A stretch of 64,000 bases of DNA from a virus: the IMG/VR virus record IMGVR_UViG_3300025818_000017. One strand, 5' to 3'. Positions 29,339-37,410 of the stretch are shown in pieces; position 1 is the stretch's first letter; each line of letters opens with the position of its first letter. Made by a program: the position numbers and the translations under genes. A model generated the notes under the pieces. The model worked only from the letters and a program-made list of their open reading frames with translations. It searched no databases and was not told where the DNA came from.

Positions 29339-29818
29339 ATGCGTGATGATATAGAAAATTGGATTCTCAATTTTGTAGAAGACCCAACCATTTGTCCTTA
29401 TGCAAAAAAAGCCAGACTTGATAATCAAATAAAAATAGTTGAAATAAAAGATTTATTAGAACTAATAGAACTGGCGGACACATTAGACGTTGATGTTTGC
29501 ATTGCCTATACAGATAAAGTATCGGTAAATGTGACCAGTGTTTTGCGAGATATAAACGCCGAGCTTATGAAAAGAAACTTGGTCGTGCTTGAAGACATAG
29601 CCCCGGAAATAATAAATGGGCGTGATATGAGTTTTGGTAAATGTCCATTGTTCTTCATTCAGAAATTGAGTTTCCTAAATGACAAAGCCCTAAAACTTAT
29701 TCATACTGGATACTATGACAACTGGACTATGGAAAATTTGGAAGATGTTGTATTATGGCGCTTCCATAATCCCGACGATTTTTTGAAAAGACTTAGACTT
29801 CGAATCCCGAATGCATAA
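29339..29818 (+). CDS. Hypothetical protein (weakly DUF1415-like)
   Basis: W..NFV..ICPYAK; TATAAATA 5 nt before ATG 29339. Confidence 0.5.
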   Translation: MRDDIENWILNFVEDPTICPYAKKARLDNQIKIVEIKDLLELIELADTLDVDVCIAYTDKVSVNVTSVLRDINAELMKRNLVVLEDIAPEIINGRDMSFGKCPLFFIQKLSFLNDKALKLIHTGYYDNWTMENLEDVVLWRFHNPDDFLKRLRLRIPNA

Positions 29819-30421
29819 CTTTTCATAAAGGGTTTTATCGGTAGACCATTCTGATCCTGTCCACCATTCAAATCCATCAAAATCTTTTTTATAGATACTT
29901 GACTTTTCGTATCCAGGCCCTATATATAAATACTTCGCACCGCGCCGTGCGCCATACTCCATTTCAAGATATATCGTTCTTATACCAAGTTTTAGTTTTG
30001 GGTTTTTATAGTCCCAACAAAACATGGCAGACTCGAAATCATTATTATCATAATGGCGTAGTTTACTAAAGGCAACGGTTTTACCGTTTACTGCAAAACC
30101 CAAGAATTTATCTTCATCAAGTATATTCTTGATTGGGTTGTATAAATCCTTGAAATTCTTTTTTGTGATGTAGGCTTGGTAAATGTCATTTACTTCTTCA
30201 AATGAGATATCAACTATATGAATATCGTGGCATGACGGTATATTGTGTGGTATTTTTATACGAGTAGAACGGGATTGATACCATAAATCTTGTGTGTATT
30301 TTAGCCAACCGTGTGACAACGCATATTCTGTTTCATCATCTTCAAATCTGGCCATTACCTCTGATATGAATACATCTTGGTTTTCTTGCCACCCCAATCT
30401 GTGATCAAATAATATTTCCAT
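29753..30421 (-). CDS. ATE/Bpt-like aminoacyl-tRNA-protein transferase (GNAT fold)
   Basis: ALSHGW..QSRSTRI; SAMFCWDY..KLGIRTIYLEM..A..GAKYLYIG.GY..YK..F...E.W parallels the ATE_C pattern. Confidence 0.55.
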   Translation of the reverse strand: MEILFDHRLGWQENQDVFISEVMARFEDDETEYALSHGWLKYTQDLWYQSRSTRIKIPHNIPSCHDIHIVDISFEEVNDIYQAYITKKNFKDLYNPIKNILDEDKFLGFAVNGKTVAFSKLRHYDNNDFESAMFCWDYKNPKLKLGIRTIYLEMEYGARRGAKYLYIGPGYEKSSIYKKDFDGFEWWTGSEWSTDKTLYEKLCIRDSKSKSFQKIVGIMEAP

Positions 30422-30425
30422 ACAG

Positions 30426-30442
30426 TATTTACAATCTAAATA
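30426..30442. promoter_or_regulatory. Divergent late-type promoter pair (TATTTA-N5-TAAATA)
   Basis: Each TAAATA is 4 nt upstream of an ATG (30447 on +, 30421 on -). Confidence 0.72.
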
Positions 30443-30446
30443 TCAT

Positions 30447-31262
30447 ATGATTAAAATAAGAGACATTACTATTTCAAATGACCTACCGTTTACACTTATT
30501 GCTGGTCCTTGTGCTATGGAAAGCCGTGATCACGCATTGATGATGCAAACAGAAATAAAGAAAATCACAGATCGTCTTGGTATTCCATTCATCTTCAAAA
30601 CATCATTTGATAAAGCAAATAGAACATCTGTTGATAGTAAGCGCGGTGTTGGTCTTGGCGATGCGGTCCTAGTCTTTGAAGAGCTTAGTAAAAAGACATC
30701 TGTCCTCACTGATGTCCACGAACCTTACCAATGCGACATTTTAAAAGATGTCGTTGATGTCTTACAAATACCAGCGTTCCTATGTCGCCAAACAGACTTG
30801 TTGGTTGAAGCTGGTGATACTGGATTGGCTATCAACGTGAAGAAAGGTCAGTTTGTTGCGCCGGAAGATATGGTGAATGTGGTGAAGAAGATTGAAAGCA
30901 CAGGTAATAAGAACATTATGCTTACTGAACGTGGGACATTCTTTGGTTATGGAAATCTTGTCGTTGATTACAGAGGATTAGAGATAATGAAAGAAACTGG
31001 CTATCCAGTTTGTATGGATGCCACACACGCCGTGCAGAAACCATCTGGTCTTGGTGGTGTATCTGGTGGTGATAGAAAGTATGTGCCAGTTATGGCGAAG
31101 GCTGGATTGGTACAAGGTATTGGTGCGTTATTTGTTGAGACACACGATGACCCAGACAACGCATTCAGTGATGGTCCAAATATGATTCCATTGGATAAGC
31201 TGGAAGAATTTTTGAAGCATATGAAAGAAATAGACGAGGTAATAAAAAATGGAAGAAACTAA
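30447..31262 (+). CDS. kdsA: 3-deoxy-8-phosphooctulonate (Kdo-8-P) synthase
   Basis: AGPCAMES, KTSFDKANRTS, LTDVHE, QIPAFLCRQTDL, NVKKGQF, TERG, DATHAVQKP, FVETH..PDNA.SDGP. Confidence 0.97.
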   Translation: MIKIRDITISNDLPFTLIAGPCAMESRDHALMMQTEIKKITDRLGIPFIFKTSFDKANRTSVDSKRGVGLGDAVLVFEELSKKTSVLTDVHEPYQCDILKDVVDVLQIPAFLCRQTDLLVEAGDTGLAINVKKGQFVAPEDMVNVVKKIESTGNKNIMLTERGTFFGYGNLVVDYRGLEIMKETGYPVCMDATHAVQKPSGLGGVSGGDRKYVPVMAKAGLVQGIGALFVETHDDPDNAFSDGPNMIPLDKLEEFLKHMKEIDEVIKNGRN

Positions 31263-31455
31263 CGAAGTTATCGACGGCGTATCTGTCAGAACGTACCTGG
31301 ACGGCGGCGATATTATTGTTGAATATTCGTATGATGATAGAAATGCTCGCACTGTCATTGAGAAGAATACAAACGAAAGTATCAAGAAGTTCGATTACGA
31401 TTCATTAGAGCAAATGAAAACGCTGACTATACAAATTCTAAAGGAGAATAACTAA
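31249..31455 (+). CDS. Small hypothetical protein
   Basis: Translationally coupled ORF ending KENN. Confidence 0.6.
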   Translation: MEETNEVIDGVSVRTYLDGGDIIVEYSYDDRNARTVIEKNTNESIKKFDYDSLEQMKTLTIQILKENN

Positions 31456-31702
31456 TGGAAAAGATTGAGTTACCAGGCATTACAGATAATATCTACACAG
31501 AAAAAAGTCAATCAGGTAATGAAATAGTTACAACATTTTTTACAGAAGTTGATGGCGAGACAAAGAAGTTATCAGCAACATACACAACCGCTGTGGAATC
31601 CGATTTGCGTAATATAAGTATTGATGTTGAAAAAGAATTAATGTCTGTATTAGCAGCAGAAATTCAAGCAGAATTGAATATTATAAAGGAGAATAACTAA
31701 TG
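31440..31702 (+). repeat. 18-bp direct repeat AAAGGAGAATAACTAATG (31440-31457 and 31685-31702)
   Basis: Identical RBS/stop/start junctions flanking one small gene. Confidence 0.8.
31455..31700 (+). CDS. Small hypothetical protein
   Basis: SD AAGGAG, TAATG coupling, ends KENN. Confidence 0.65.
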   Translation: MEKIELPGITDNIYTEKSQSGNEIVTTFFTEVDGETKKLSATYTTAVESDLRNISIDVEKELMSVLAAEIQAELNIIKENN

Positions 31703-32041
31703 AAATCTGGTAAGGTATGGGGTCAAACAGAACCCCTATTACAAACTCCATTTGTGGAGTTTCACAGGATTGATATTAAGAAAGGTGGCTATTGTTCCCT
31801 TCATAAACATACATATAAGTATAACGCTTTTTACGTGGTTGAAGGCGAGCTAGAGATTGAGGTTCACAAGAATGATTATGACCTTGTTGATACGACATTA
31901 TTGAAAGCGGGTGATATGACTGTCTGTAAACCTGGTGAATATCATAAGTTCCACGCTCTAACAGATGTTGTATGTTTTGAGTTATATTATCCTGAACCGC
32001 TGAGTGAGGATATTCAACGAAAGAATGTTGGCGGAACCTAA
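31700..32041 (+). CDS. Cupin (sugar isomerase / MPI type-II-like)
   Basis: KVWG, GYCSLHKH..KYNAFYVVEG, LKAGD..PGEYHKF. Confidence 0.8.
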   Translation: MKSGKVWGQTEPLLQTPFVEFHRIDIKKGGYCSLHKHTYKYNAFYVVEGELEIEVHKNDYDLVDTTLLKAGDMTVCKPGEYHKFHALTDVVCFELYYPEPLSEDIQRKNVGGT

Positions 32042-32147
32042 ATTATTTACATAGACTTTGGTGCCGTTTGATATTATTTGCACCTATTTCTCTTTCGCAT
32101 ATATCACAAGTAACTTTCTTATATGTGATACCTTTGTTCCAAGGAGT

Positions 32148-32897
32148 ATGAAGATTTTGTATGACGTTTGTTGTGTCTGGGTAGGAGACAAGTATTCAAG
32201 AGAGTATGTTATCAATCTTTACAACGGCGTGAAGAAACATACAACCCTACCCTTTCGATTCAATGTTATCACAGACAAACCAGAGATAGCAAACGCAATC
32301 CCTTGTAGAACTATACCTATTCCTAAATGGCAAATCGATGGGGTAAATCTGCTGGATCATCGTAAGGCGTGGTGGTATAAAATGGCGATGTTCCGGCCAA
32401 ACAACGGCTTCGACAAGTATGTTATGTATTTTGATTTGGATATGATAATCATAAAGAACATAGATCATTTCTATACATATCACCCAAAGCAGTTCTGTAT
32501 TTTACAAGACTTTAACCGTCAATATATTCATGACTATCACGTTAGTAATAGTTCCATAATGCGATGGCAAACAAAGCGTTATTCACAATCTATCTGGGAA
32601 GCATTCACCAAAGACATTCCGTATAATGTAAATACCTTCCGTGGCGACCAAGACTTCATGACTTTTTATTTTAACACTCACAAGAAAAATAAAACTTGGT
32701 GGCCTCGTGAATGGGCAATGTCTTGGAAATGGGAACTTGAGAAAGGTGGCAAACGAAATAATGGCAATGATAGAAACTCTTATCACGAACCAGATAGGGA
32801 CTTTGTTTTGCCAGATGATTGTGCTATCGTGGTATGCCACGGTGACCCAAAACCACACGAAATACATAAGAAGATTATGGCTCATTGGAATAAATAA
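32148..32897 (+). CDS. GT-A glycosyltransferase
   Basis: CVWVGDKY..YV, WWYKM.MF, YFDLDM (DxD), NSSIM, GDQDF, CHGDPKPH; SD AAGGAG. Confidence 0.8.
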   Translation: MKILYDVCCVWVGDKYSREYVINLYNGVKKHTTLPFRFNVITDKPEIANAIPCRTIPIPKWQIDGVNLLDHRKAWWYKMAMFRPNNGFDKYVMYFDLDMIIIKNIDHFYTYHPKQFCILQDFNRQYIHDYHVSNSSIMRWQTKRYSQSIWEAFTKDIPYNVNTFRGDQDFMTFYFNTHKKNKTWWPREWAMSWKWELEKGGKRNNGNDRNSYHEPDRDFVLPDDCAIVVCHGDPKPHEIHKKIMAHWNK

Positions 32898-32919
32898 TAC
32901 TGTCAGAAAGGAATAAAAA

Positions 32920-33321
32920 ATGGCGAAATATACAATTGAATTAGACTTTTACCAAGATCAATACGGTGAGGAAAATGCCCTTGCTTCCGTGAAATTTGAT
33001 GGCGAAATGCAGACAGAAAGCTTTGAGGTATCATCAGCAGACATAAACACACCGAATACATTTGAGTTCGTAACTGACAAGCCAGATGGTGTTTACACTT
33101 TGGAAGTTAGGTTTTTGAATGACTCTTATGCCGACGAAGCAGGTGATAGGAACCTGAACTGGTGCAATACACGTATCAATGGAGTTGAAATTCCGTGGGA
33201 TTCTATGGATAGCGGTTCATTAACTTTTCCAAAAAGTGAAGATAGTGTATACATTGATACTTGGGAAGACTTTCAGATTCCATACGAAACATTTGCAAGA
33301 ACTGATATAAGTCTACCATAG
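32920..33321 (+). CDS. Small acidic protein with Ca-dependent carbohydrate-binding (CBM60-like) motif
   Basis: LEVRFLND..GDRNL motif; TAAATA at ~32891 and SD AAGGA. Confidence 0.5.
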   Translation: MAKYTIELDFYQDQYGEENALASVKFDGEMQTESFEVSSADINTPNTFEFVTDKPDGVYTLEVRFLNDSYADEAGDRNLNWCNTRINGVEIPWDSMDSGSLTFPKSEDSVYIDTWEDFQIPYETFARTDISLP

Positions 33322-34302
33322 TTCCAATAACTGTCTCCGTAGATTATCTATAAGAACATCCCCGAACTCATTAAAAAAGAAATCACGATTGTGATCAATC
33401 GTTTCACTACAAAAGTCTCTCAACTCATACATAGATTTGGGAGACATTTTTATTCCCATGAAGTTCCAGTTCTCTTCCAGTGCCTTTATCAATCTATTGT
33501 CGTACTCTAAGTTATCATATTCTTCGTTGAACATAAGCGAGAACGTCTTGAAACCATAATCCCGAACATCCTGTAATGCCCCTTGATGACCCACTATAAT
33601 AAACGGATGACCCGCAACTATTGCGTTGAATGTTTTTTCTGTTATTATTCCATACTTTTCGTAATACTGGCTTTCAGTGACGATGCTAAAGAAACTGGTA
33701 TTGAAGTTTTTCTTTAGGGTAAGAAAGTTCATTAGATTATCATAATGCTGGTCATATTCTCTGTATGTAAACCCTCTATACTTTAGCTCAACACCCGATT
33801 GTTGGTAACTAAGATTACCGTGGCAGTTTTTCAATGCTTCGTATGTAGCACGTCTATGGTGCTTGTCAATACGGTTCATACAGAGAAAGTTGTCTTCGTA
33901 ATCTTTGTGATTGAACTCTTCTCGTAATACATTTTCGGCTTGTTTATAGCTCTGCCATGTTTCATACTGATGGGGGCTGAACTCAACTACTTTGAAACTG
34001 CTTGTCTTGTTCCAATCATTACTCAACTGTCTGGGCCAAACCACCACGATAATCTGGTCCAAGTCTACACGGTCTTTGTAATAGTCATTGATACGCAGTA
34101 GTTCAGTTGGAAATATATCGTCGGGAGCCATCGTCAGTATATCTTGTAGAATGAGAACCAAGCGAAAATCTTTTTGGTGAAATCGGCAGTCATCCCAATC
34201 TGGAAACTCTATTTCCCACCCGTCTTTAGTGATTGGATATTTGAGGGCAGCATCCACGATATGACTATTGGGGAAAACTGCTCTAATCGTTTCCATAAAC
34301 AT
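33313..34302 (-). CDS. GT-like (exostosin/GT10-like C-terminus) protein, paralogue A
   Basis: FLCMNR..HR, FSIVTES, ITEKTF.AI..HPFI.VG, GFKTF..FNEEYD; true start 34302, 4 nt after TAAATA. Confidence 0.55.
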   Translation of the reverse strand: MFMETIRAVFPNSHIVDAALKYPITKDGWEIEFPDWDDCRFHQKDFRLVLILQDILTMAPDDIFPTELLRINDYYKDRVDLDQIIVVVWPRQLSNDWNKTSSFKVVEFSPHQYETWQSYKQAENVLREEFNHKDYEDNFLCMNRIDKHHRRATYEALKNCHGNLSYQQSGVELKYRGFTYREYDQHYDNLMNFLTLKKNFNTSFFSIVTESQYYEKYGIITEKTFNAIVAGHPFIIVGHQGALQDVRDYGFKTFSLMFNEEYDNLEYDNRLIKALEENWNFMGIKMSPKSMYELRDFCSETIDHNRDFFFNEFGDVLIDNLRRQLLELW

Positions 34303-34327
34303 AAAATATTTATTGTGAAAAAAGTGC

Positions 34328-34355
34328 TTGACATAATATGAAAGTATGCTATACT
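34328..34355 (+). promoter_or_regulatory. Early promoter GCTTGACA-N16-TATACT (copy 1)
   Basis: A-tract followed by TTGACA 34328-33, TG, TATACT 34350-55. Confidence 0.85.
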
Positions 34356-34389
34356 GTTTATACAAGTTGAGAGAAACAGGAGTTCCAAA

Positions 34390-34788
34390 ATGGCTTATAT
34401 TGATAACACCGATGTCAAAGCAATCCGCACTGAACTGAAAAAAGCTTTCCCGAAGATGAAGTTCTCTGTTCGTAAAGAGCATCACTCGTCTGTTCATATC
34501 TCCATTGTAAAGGGTCCGGCTGCTCTTGAGAGCATCTTCGAAGGTGACGAGTACGCCGCCAAGAACCGTTATTCGCAACTGAACCACTTCCACCCGCACT
34601 TCTATGGTGAGCATGAAGCACTGGTTCGCAAGATCAGCGAGATTGCTCACACTGCCCCCGCTGGCGCTGGTGGTGCCAATAACAAAGGCTACTACGATAA
34701 CAGCGATGCGATGACCGACTACTTTGACACCGCATACTATGTCAATCTGGCAATCGGTAAGTGGGACAAGCCCTACGAGGCAGTCTAA
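34390..34788 (+). CDS. LPD29-like early protein
   Basis: IRTELKKAFP.MKFSVR..HHSSV.ISI..GP..YDNSDAMTDYFD..YY pattern; SD CAGGAG. Confidence 0.65.
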   Translation: MAYIDNTDVKAIRTELKKAFPKMKFSVRKEHHSSVHISIVKGPAALESIFEGDEYAAKNRYSQLNHFHPHFYGEHEALVRKISEIAHTAPAGAGGANNKGYYDNSDAMTDYFDTAYYVNLAIGKWDKPYEAV

Positions 34789-34796
34789 AAAACCGC

Positions 34797-34824
34797 TTGA
34801 CAATATCGTAATCCATGCTATACT
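34797..34824 (+). promoter_or_regulatory. Early promoter GCTTGACA-N16-TATACT (copy 2)
   Basis: TTGACA 34797-802, TGCTATACT ending 34824. Confidence 0.85.
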
Positions 34825-34857
34825 GTATGTAGAGATTGAGAGAGAAAGGTTTTCCAA

Positions 34858-35160
34858 ATGAAAGTTTTCAAGTGTAAAGACGGCAACAATCGGGTTTTCT
34901 CCAAGCGTGAGAAAGCGTTTTCGTCCTACGACCTCGCTGTGTATCTCATTTCGGACGCTCATTATGAAATGAACGACGAAGATTGTATGGCTAAAATCAA
35001 GAGCAAAGCCAAGTCCAAGACCTCGATTCTGGATACCGCTTGGGATGTTATCTTCTCGTATGGCACCGAAGTTCCGCACTACCATGTTGGCGATTGCGGC
35101 TTCGATAACCTTCTCCCCGAAGTTGAAGAACTGGTCAAAAAAGTTTTCAAAGACCTGTAA
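34858..35160 (+). CDS. Hypothetical early protein
   Basis: Has its own promoter and SD AAAGG; GC-richer codon use. Confidence 0.75.
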   Translation: MKVFKCKDGNNRVFSKREKAFSSYDLAVYLISDAHYEMNDEDCMAKIKSKAKSKTSILDTAWDVIFSYGTEVPHYHVGDCGFDNLLPEVEELVKKVFKDL

Positions 35161-35167
35161 AAAACGC

Positions 35168-35195
35168 TTGACATACCACTCAAATGTGGTATACT
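35168..35195 (+). promoter_or_regulatory. Early promoter GCTTGACA-N16-TATACT (copy 3)
   Basis: TTGACA 35168-73, TGGTATACT ending 35195. Confidence 0.85.
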
Positions 35196-35239
35196 GTAAG
35201 AGTAAGTTGGTTGAAACAGTCAAATAGATGGAGCGATAA

Positions 35240-36283
35240 ATGACTGCTTATGTAAATATCAAATCTGGTAAAGTTCGCGGCAAGACTATCAAGAACACGA
35301 TTTTCCCTGTTGTGAAAAACTTCTCAACTGGTAAGAACGGCACCTTCATCACTGTTGATGGTTCCAAGGTTCTTGGCGGCAACGTAAAGAATGTCCGTGT
35401 TGCGGTTGACCCCGAAATGGTTTCGTGGGTTGAAGAAGCTGACTACACCAAACAGTGCATCGCCTACGGTGCCATTGAGGCAAACAACGAAGTCAAAGTT
35501 GAAATGTCCGAAGAAGAGCGGATGACCGAAATCGAAGAACGCTTCGACATTCTCCACGATATGACCAAGGCGATGATGCGCCAGAAAATCCGTGGTATGA
35601 TTGTCTCTGGTCCTCCGGGCGTCGGCAAGTCTTTTGGTGTCGAGCGTGAACTCGACAAAATGAACACCTTTACCGACTTGGGTGCTAACGGTGGTGTCCG
35701 TAAGACCGAAGTGGTCAAGGGTGCTATGTCTGCCTTGGGTCTGTACTGCAAGTTGCACGAGTTTCGCAACGCTGGTGATGTGCTGGTGTTCGATGACTGC
35801 GATAGCGTCCTGATGGATGACCTGTCACTGAACCTTCTCAAAGCCGCTCTGGACAGTGGTCGTACCCGTAAAATCTACTGGAACGCCGACAGCGCCAAGC
35901 TTCGTGCCGAAGGCATTGAGAACAGCTTTGAGTTCAAAGGCTCCGTCATCTTCATCACCAACATCAACTTTGAGCATGTCCGCTCCAAGAAGCTGCAAGA
36001 CCACCTGCAAGCCCTTATGTCCCGTTGCCACTATCTGGACCTGACACTGCACACGATGAAAGACAAGATGCTGCGTGTCAAGCAGATCGCTCGTAAGGGT
36101 GCCCTCTTCACTTCTTACAAGTTTAAGAAGGAAGAAGAAGCTGAAATCCTCGACTTTATGTTTAAGAATGTCGATATTTTGCGAGAAGTTAGCCTCCGGA
36201 TGGCTCTGAAAATCGCTGACTGTAAAGTGGTCAACGGTGACCGTTGGAAAGTCTTCGCTAAAGCCACTTGTATGAAAAACTAA
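35240..36283 (+). CDS. P-loop AAA-type ATPase with extra N-terminal domain
   Basis: Walker A SGPPGVGKS, Walker B VLVFDDCD, IFITN, ALMSRC. Confidence 0.8.
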   Translation: MTAYVNIKSGKVRGKTIKNTIFPVVKNFSTGKNGTFITVDGSKVLGGNVKNVRVAVDPEMVSWVEEADYTKQCIAYGAIEANNEVKVEMSEEERMTEIEERFDILHDMTKAMMRQKIRGMIVSGPPGVGKSFGVERELDKMNTFTDLGANGGVRKTEVVKGAMSALGLYCKLHEFRNAGDVLVFDDCDSVLMDDLSLNLLKAALDSGRTRKIYWNADSAKLRAEGIENSFEFKGSVIFITNINFEHVRSKKLQDHLQALMSRCHYLDLTLHTMKDKMLRVKQIARKGALFTSYKFKKEEEAEILDFMFKNVDILREVSLRMALKIADCKVVNGDRWKVFAKATCMKN

Positions 36284-36320
36284 GCAAGCGTAACGCTCCA
36301 TCAACTTACAAACGCTTGCG

Positions 36321-36352
36321 GAGAGGGGGAGAAATCCCCCTCTCTCTCTTTT
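36321..36352 (+). terminator. Intrinsic terminator closing the early cassette
   Basis: GAGAGGGGGA-GAAA-TCCCCCTCTC then TCTCTTTT; preceded by a second inverted repeat GCAAGCGT/ACGCTTGC (36284-36319). Confidence 0.85.
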
Positions 36353-36369
36353 AATTATGTAAATACACT

Positions 36370-37410
36370 GTGTATACCGTACCAGATATCCAAGTCGTAA
36401 ATCTAGAGATTTCCACACGATGCCAAGCCGCCTGTCCTTTCTGTCCAAGAAACTATAACGGCTATGGTATCCGTGACGGTTTTCCGTTGATGGATATGTC
36501 ACTAGACGAATACAAACATATCCTACGCCAGTTCCTTCCAAACGATGACTTGCTACTTGATTTCTGTGGAACCTACGGTGATCCTTGTATATCATCAAAC
36601 TTTATGGATATCATAGAGTATACACGCTCTGTCTGTGATAATCCCATAACTATTCATACCAATGGATCAATGCATAAACCAGAATGGTGGAAAAACTTAG
36701 CCAAGTATGATATTGAGATTGAGTTCGGGCTGGACGGGCTTGGCGACACACATAAGATATACCGTCAAAACACTAGTTGGACAAAGATATTAGAGAATGC
36801 TGGTGCGTTTATAGATGCTGGTGGATATGCAGTATGGCAGTTTATTGAGTTTGCTCATAATAAACACCAGAAGGAAGCATGTAGAGAACTGGCAAAAGAA
36901 CTTGGGTTCAAAGAGTTCAAGGTATTCTATGATAATCGCAATGATGGACAAGCATATACGCCAAAAGGTGAACCATACTGGATAGGTGATAATCCACCAG
37001 AAACTATGCCGCCGATTGAGCAGCACGTGGATTTAGAAAGTTTCTTACAGAAAGAATATGAGAATAATAGGCAAGTTATATTGGATGAACCAGATATGCC
37101 AGAAGAAATCGTATGCAAATCCATCAGGGATAAAGTTATGTATGTTGCGGTAAATGGTGATGCTTGGCCCTGTTGTTGGCTTGGCGGGTCTTTCCCTATG
37201 ACCTACGATACATCATACGGATATCAACTAAAAGCATTGAACCTTGACATAAACATTCTACAACGCCCATTACAAGATGTTATGGATGAATGGTCCAAGA
37301 TATCTAACACATGGACAGACAAACCATTAGGTACTTGCATAGAACAATGCGGTAAATGTGATGGTGTCGGTGGAATGGAGACATTTGGCAAAAATGAAAA
37401 TCTTGACTAA
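36370..37410 (+). CDS. Radical SAM enzyme with SPASM/twitch-like C-terminus
   Basis: CQAACPFC (CxxxCxxC), GTYGDP, HTNGS, FGLDG, C..GDAWPCC..C...CG.C. Confidence 0.9.
   Translation: MYTVPDIQVVNLEISTRCQAACPFCPRNYNGYGIRDGFPLMDMSLDEYKHILRQFLPNDDLLLDFCGTYGDPCISSNFMDIIEYTRSVCDNPITIHTNGSMHKPEWWKNLAKYDIEIEFGLDGLGDTHKIYRQNTSWTKILENAGAFIDAGGYAVWQFIEFAHNKHQKEACRELAKELGFKEFKVFYDNRNDGQAYTPKGEPYWIGDNPPETMPPIEQHVDLESFLQKEYENNRQVILDEPDMPEEIVCKSIRDKVMYVAVNGDAWPCCWLGGSFPMTYDTSYGYQLKALNLDINILQRPLQDVMDEWSKISNTWTDKPLGTCIEQCGKCDGVGGMETFGKNENLD

Noticed and set aside
13277-34302. DNA hypermodification cluster
   Set aside because: No nucleotide hydroxymethylase, thymidylate-synthase-like or dNMP kinase genes in the window; promoters are mostly late-type; enzyme types fit surface glycans. 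Not fully excluded.
33313-35223. 636-aa minus-strand ORF in the track
   Set aside because: Its first ~307 aa are the antisense shadow of the GC-richer early genes. The real gene starts at 34302 after TAAATA.
35324-36598. Several long minus-strand ORFs opposite the ATPase
   Set aside because: Antisense shadows from codon bias; no motifs or translation signals.
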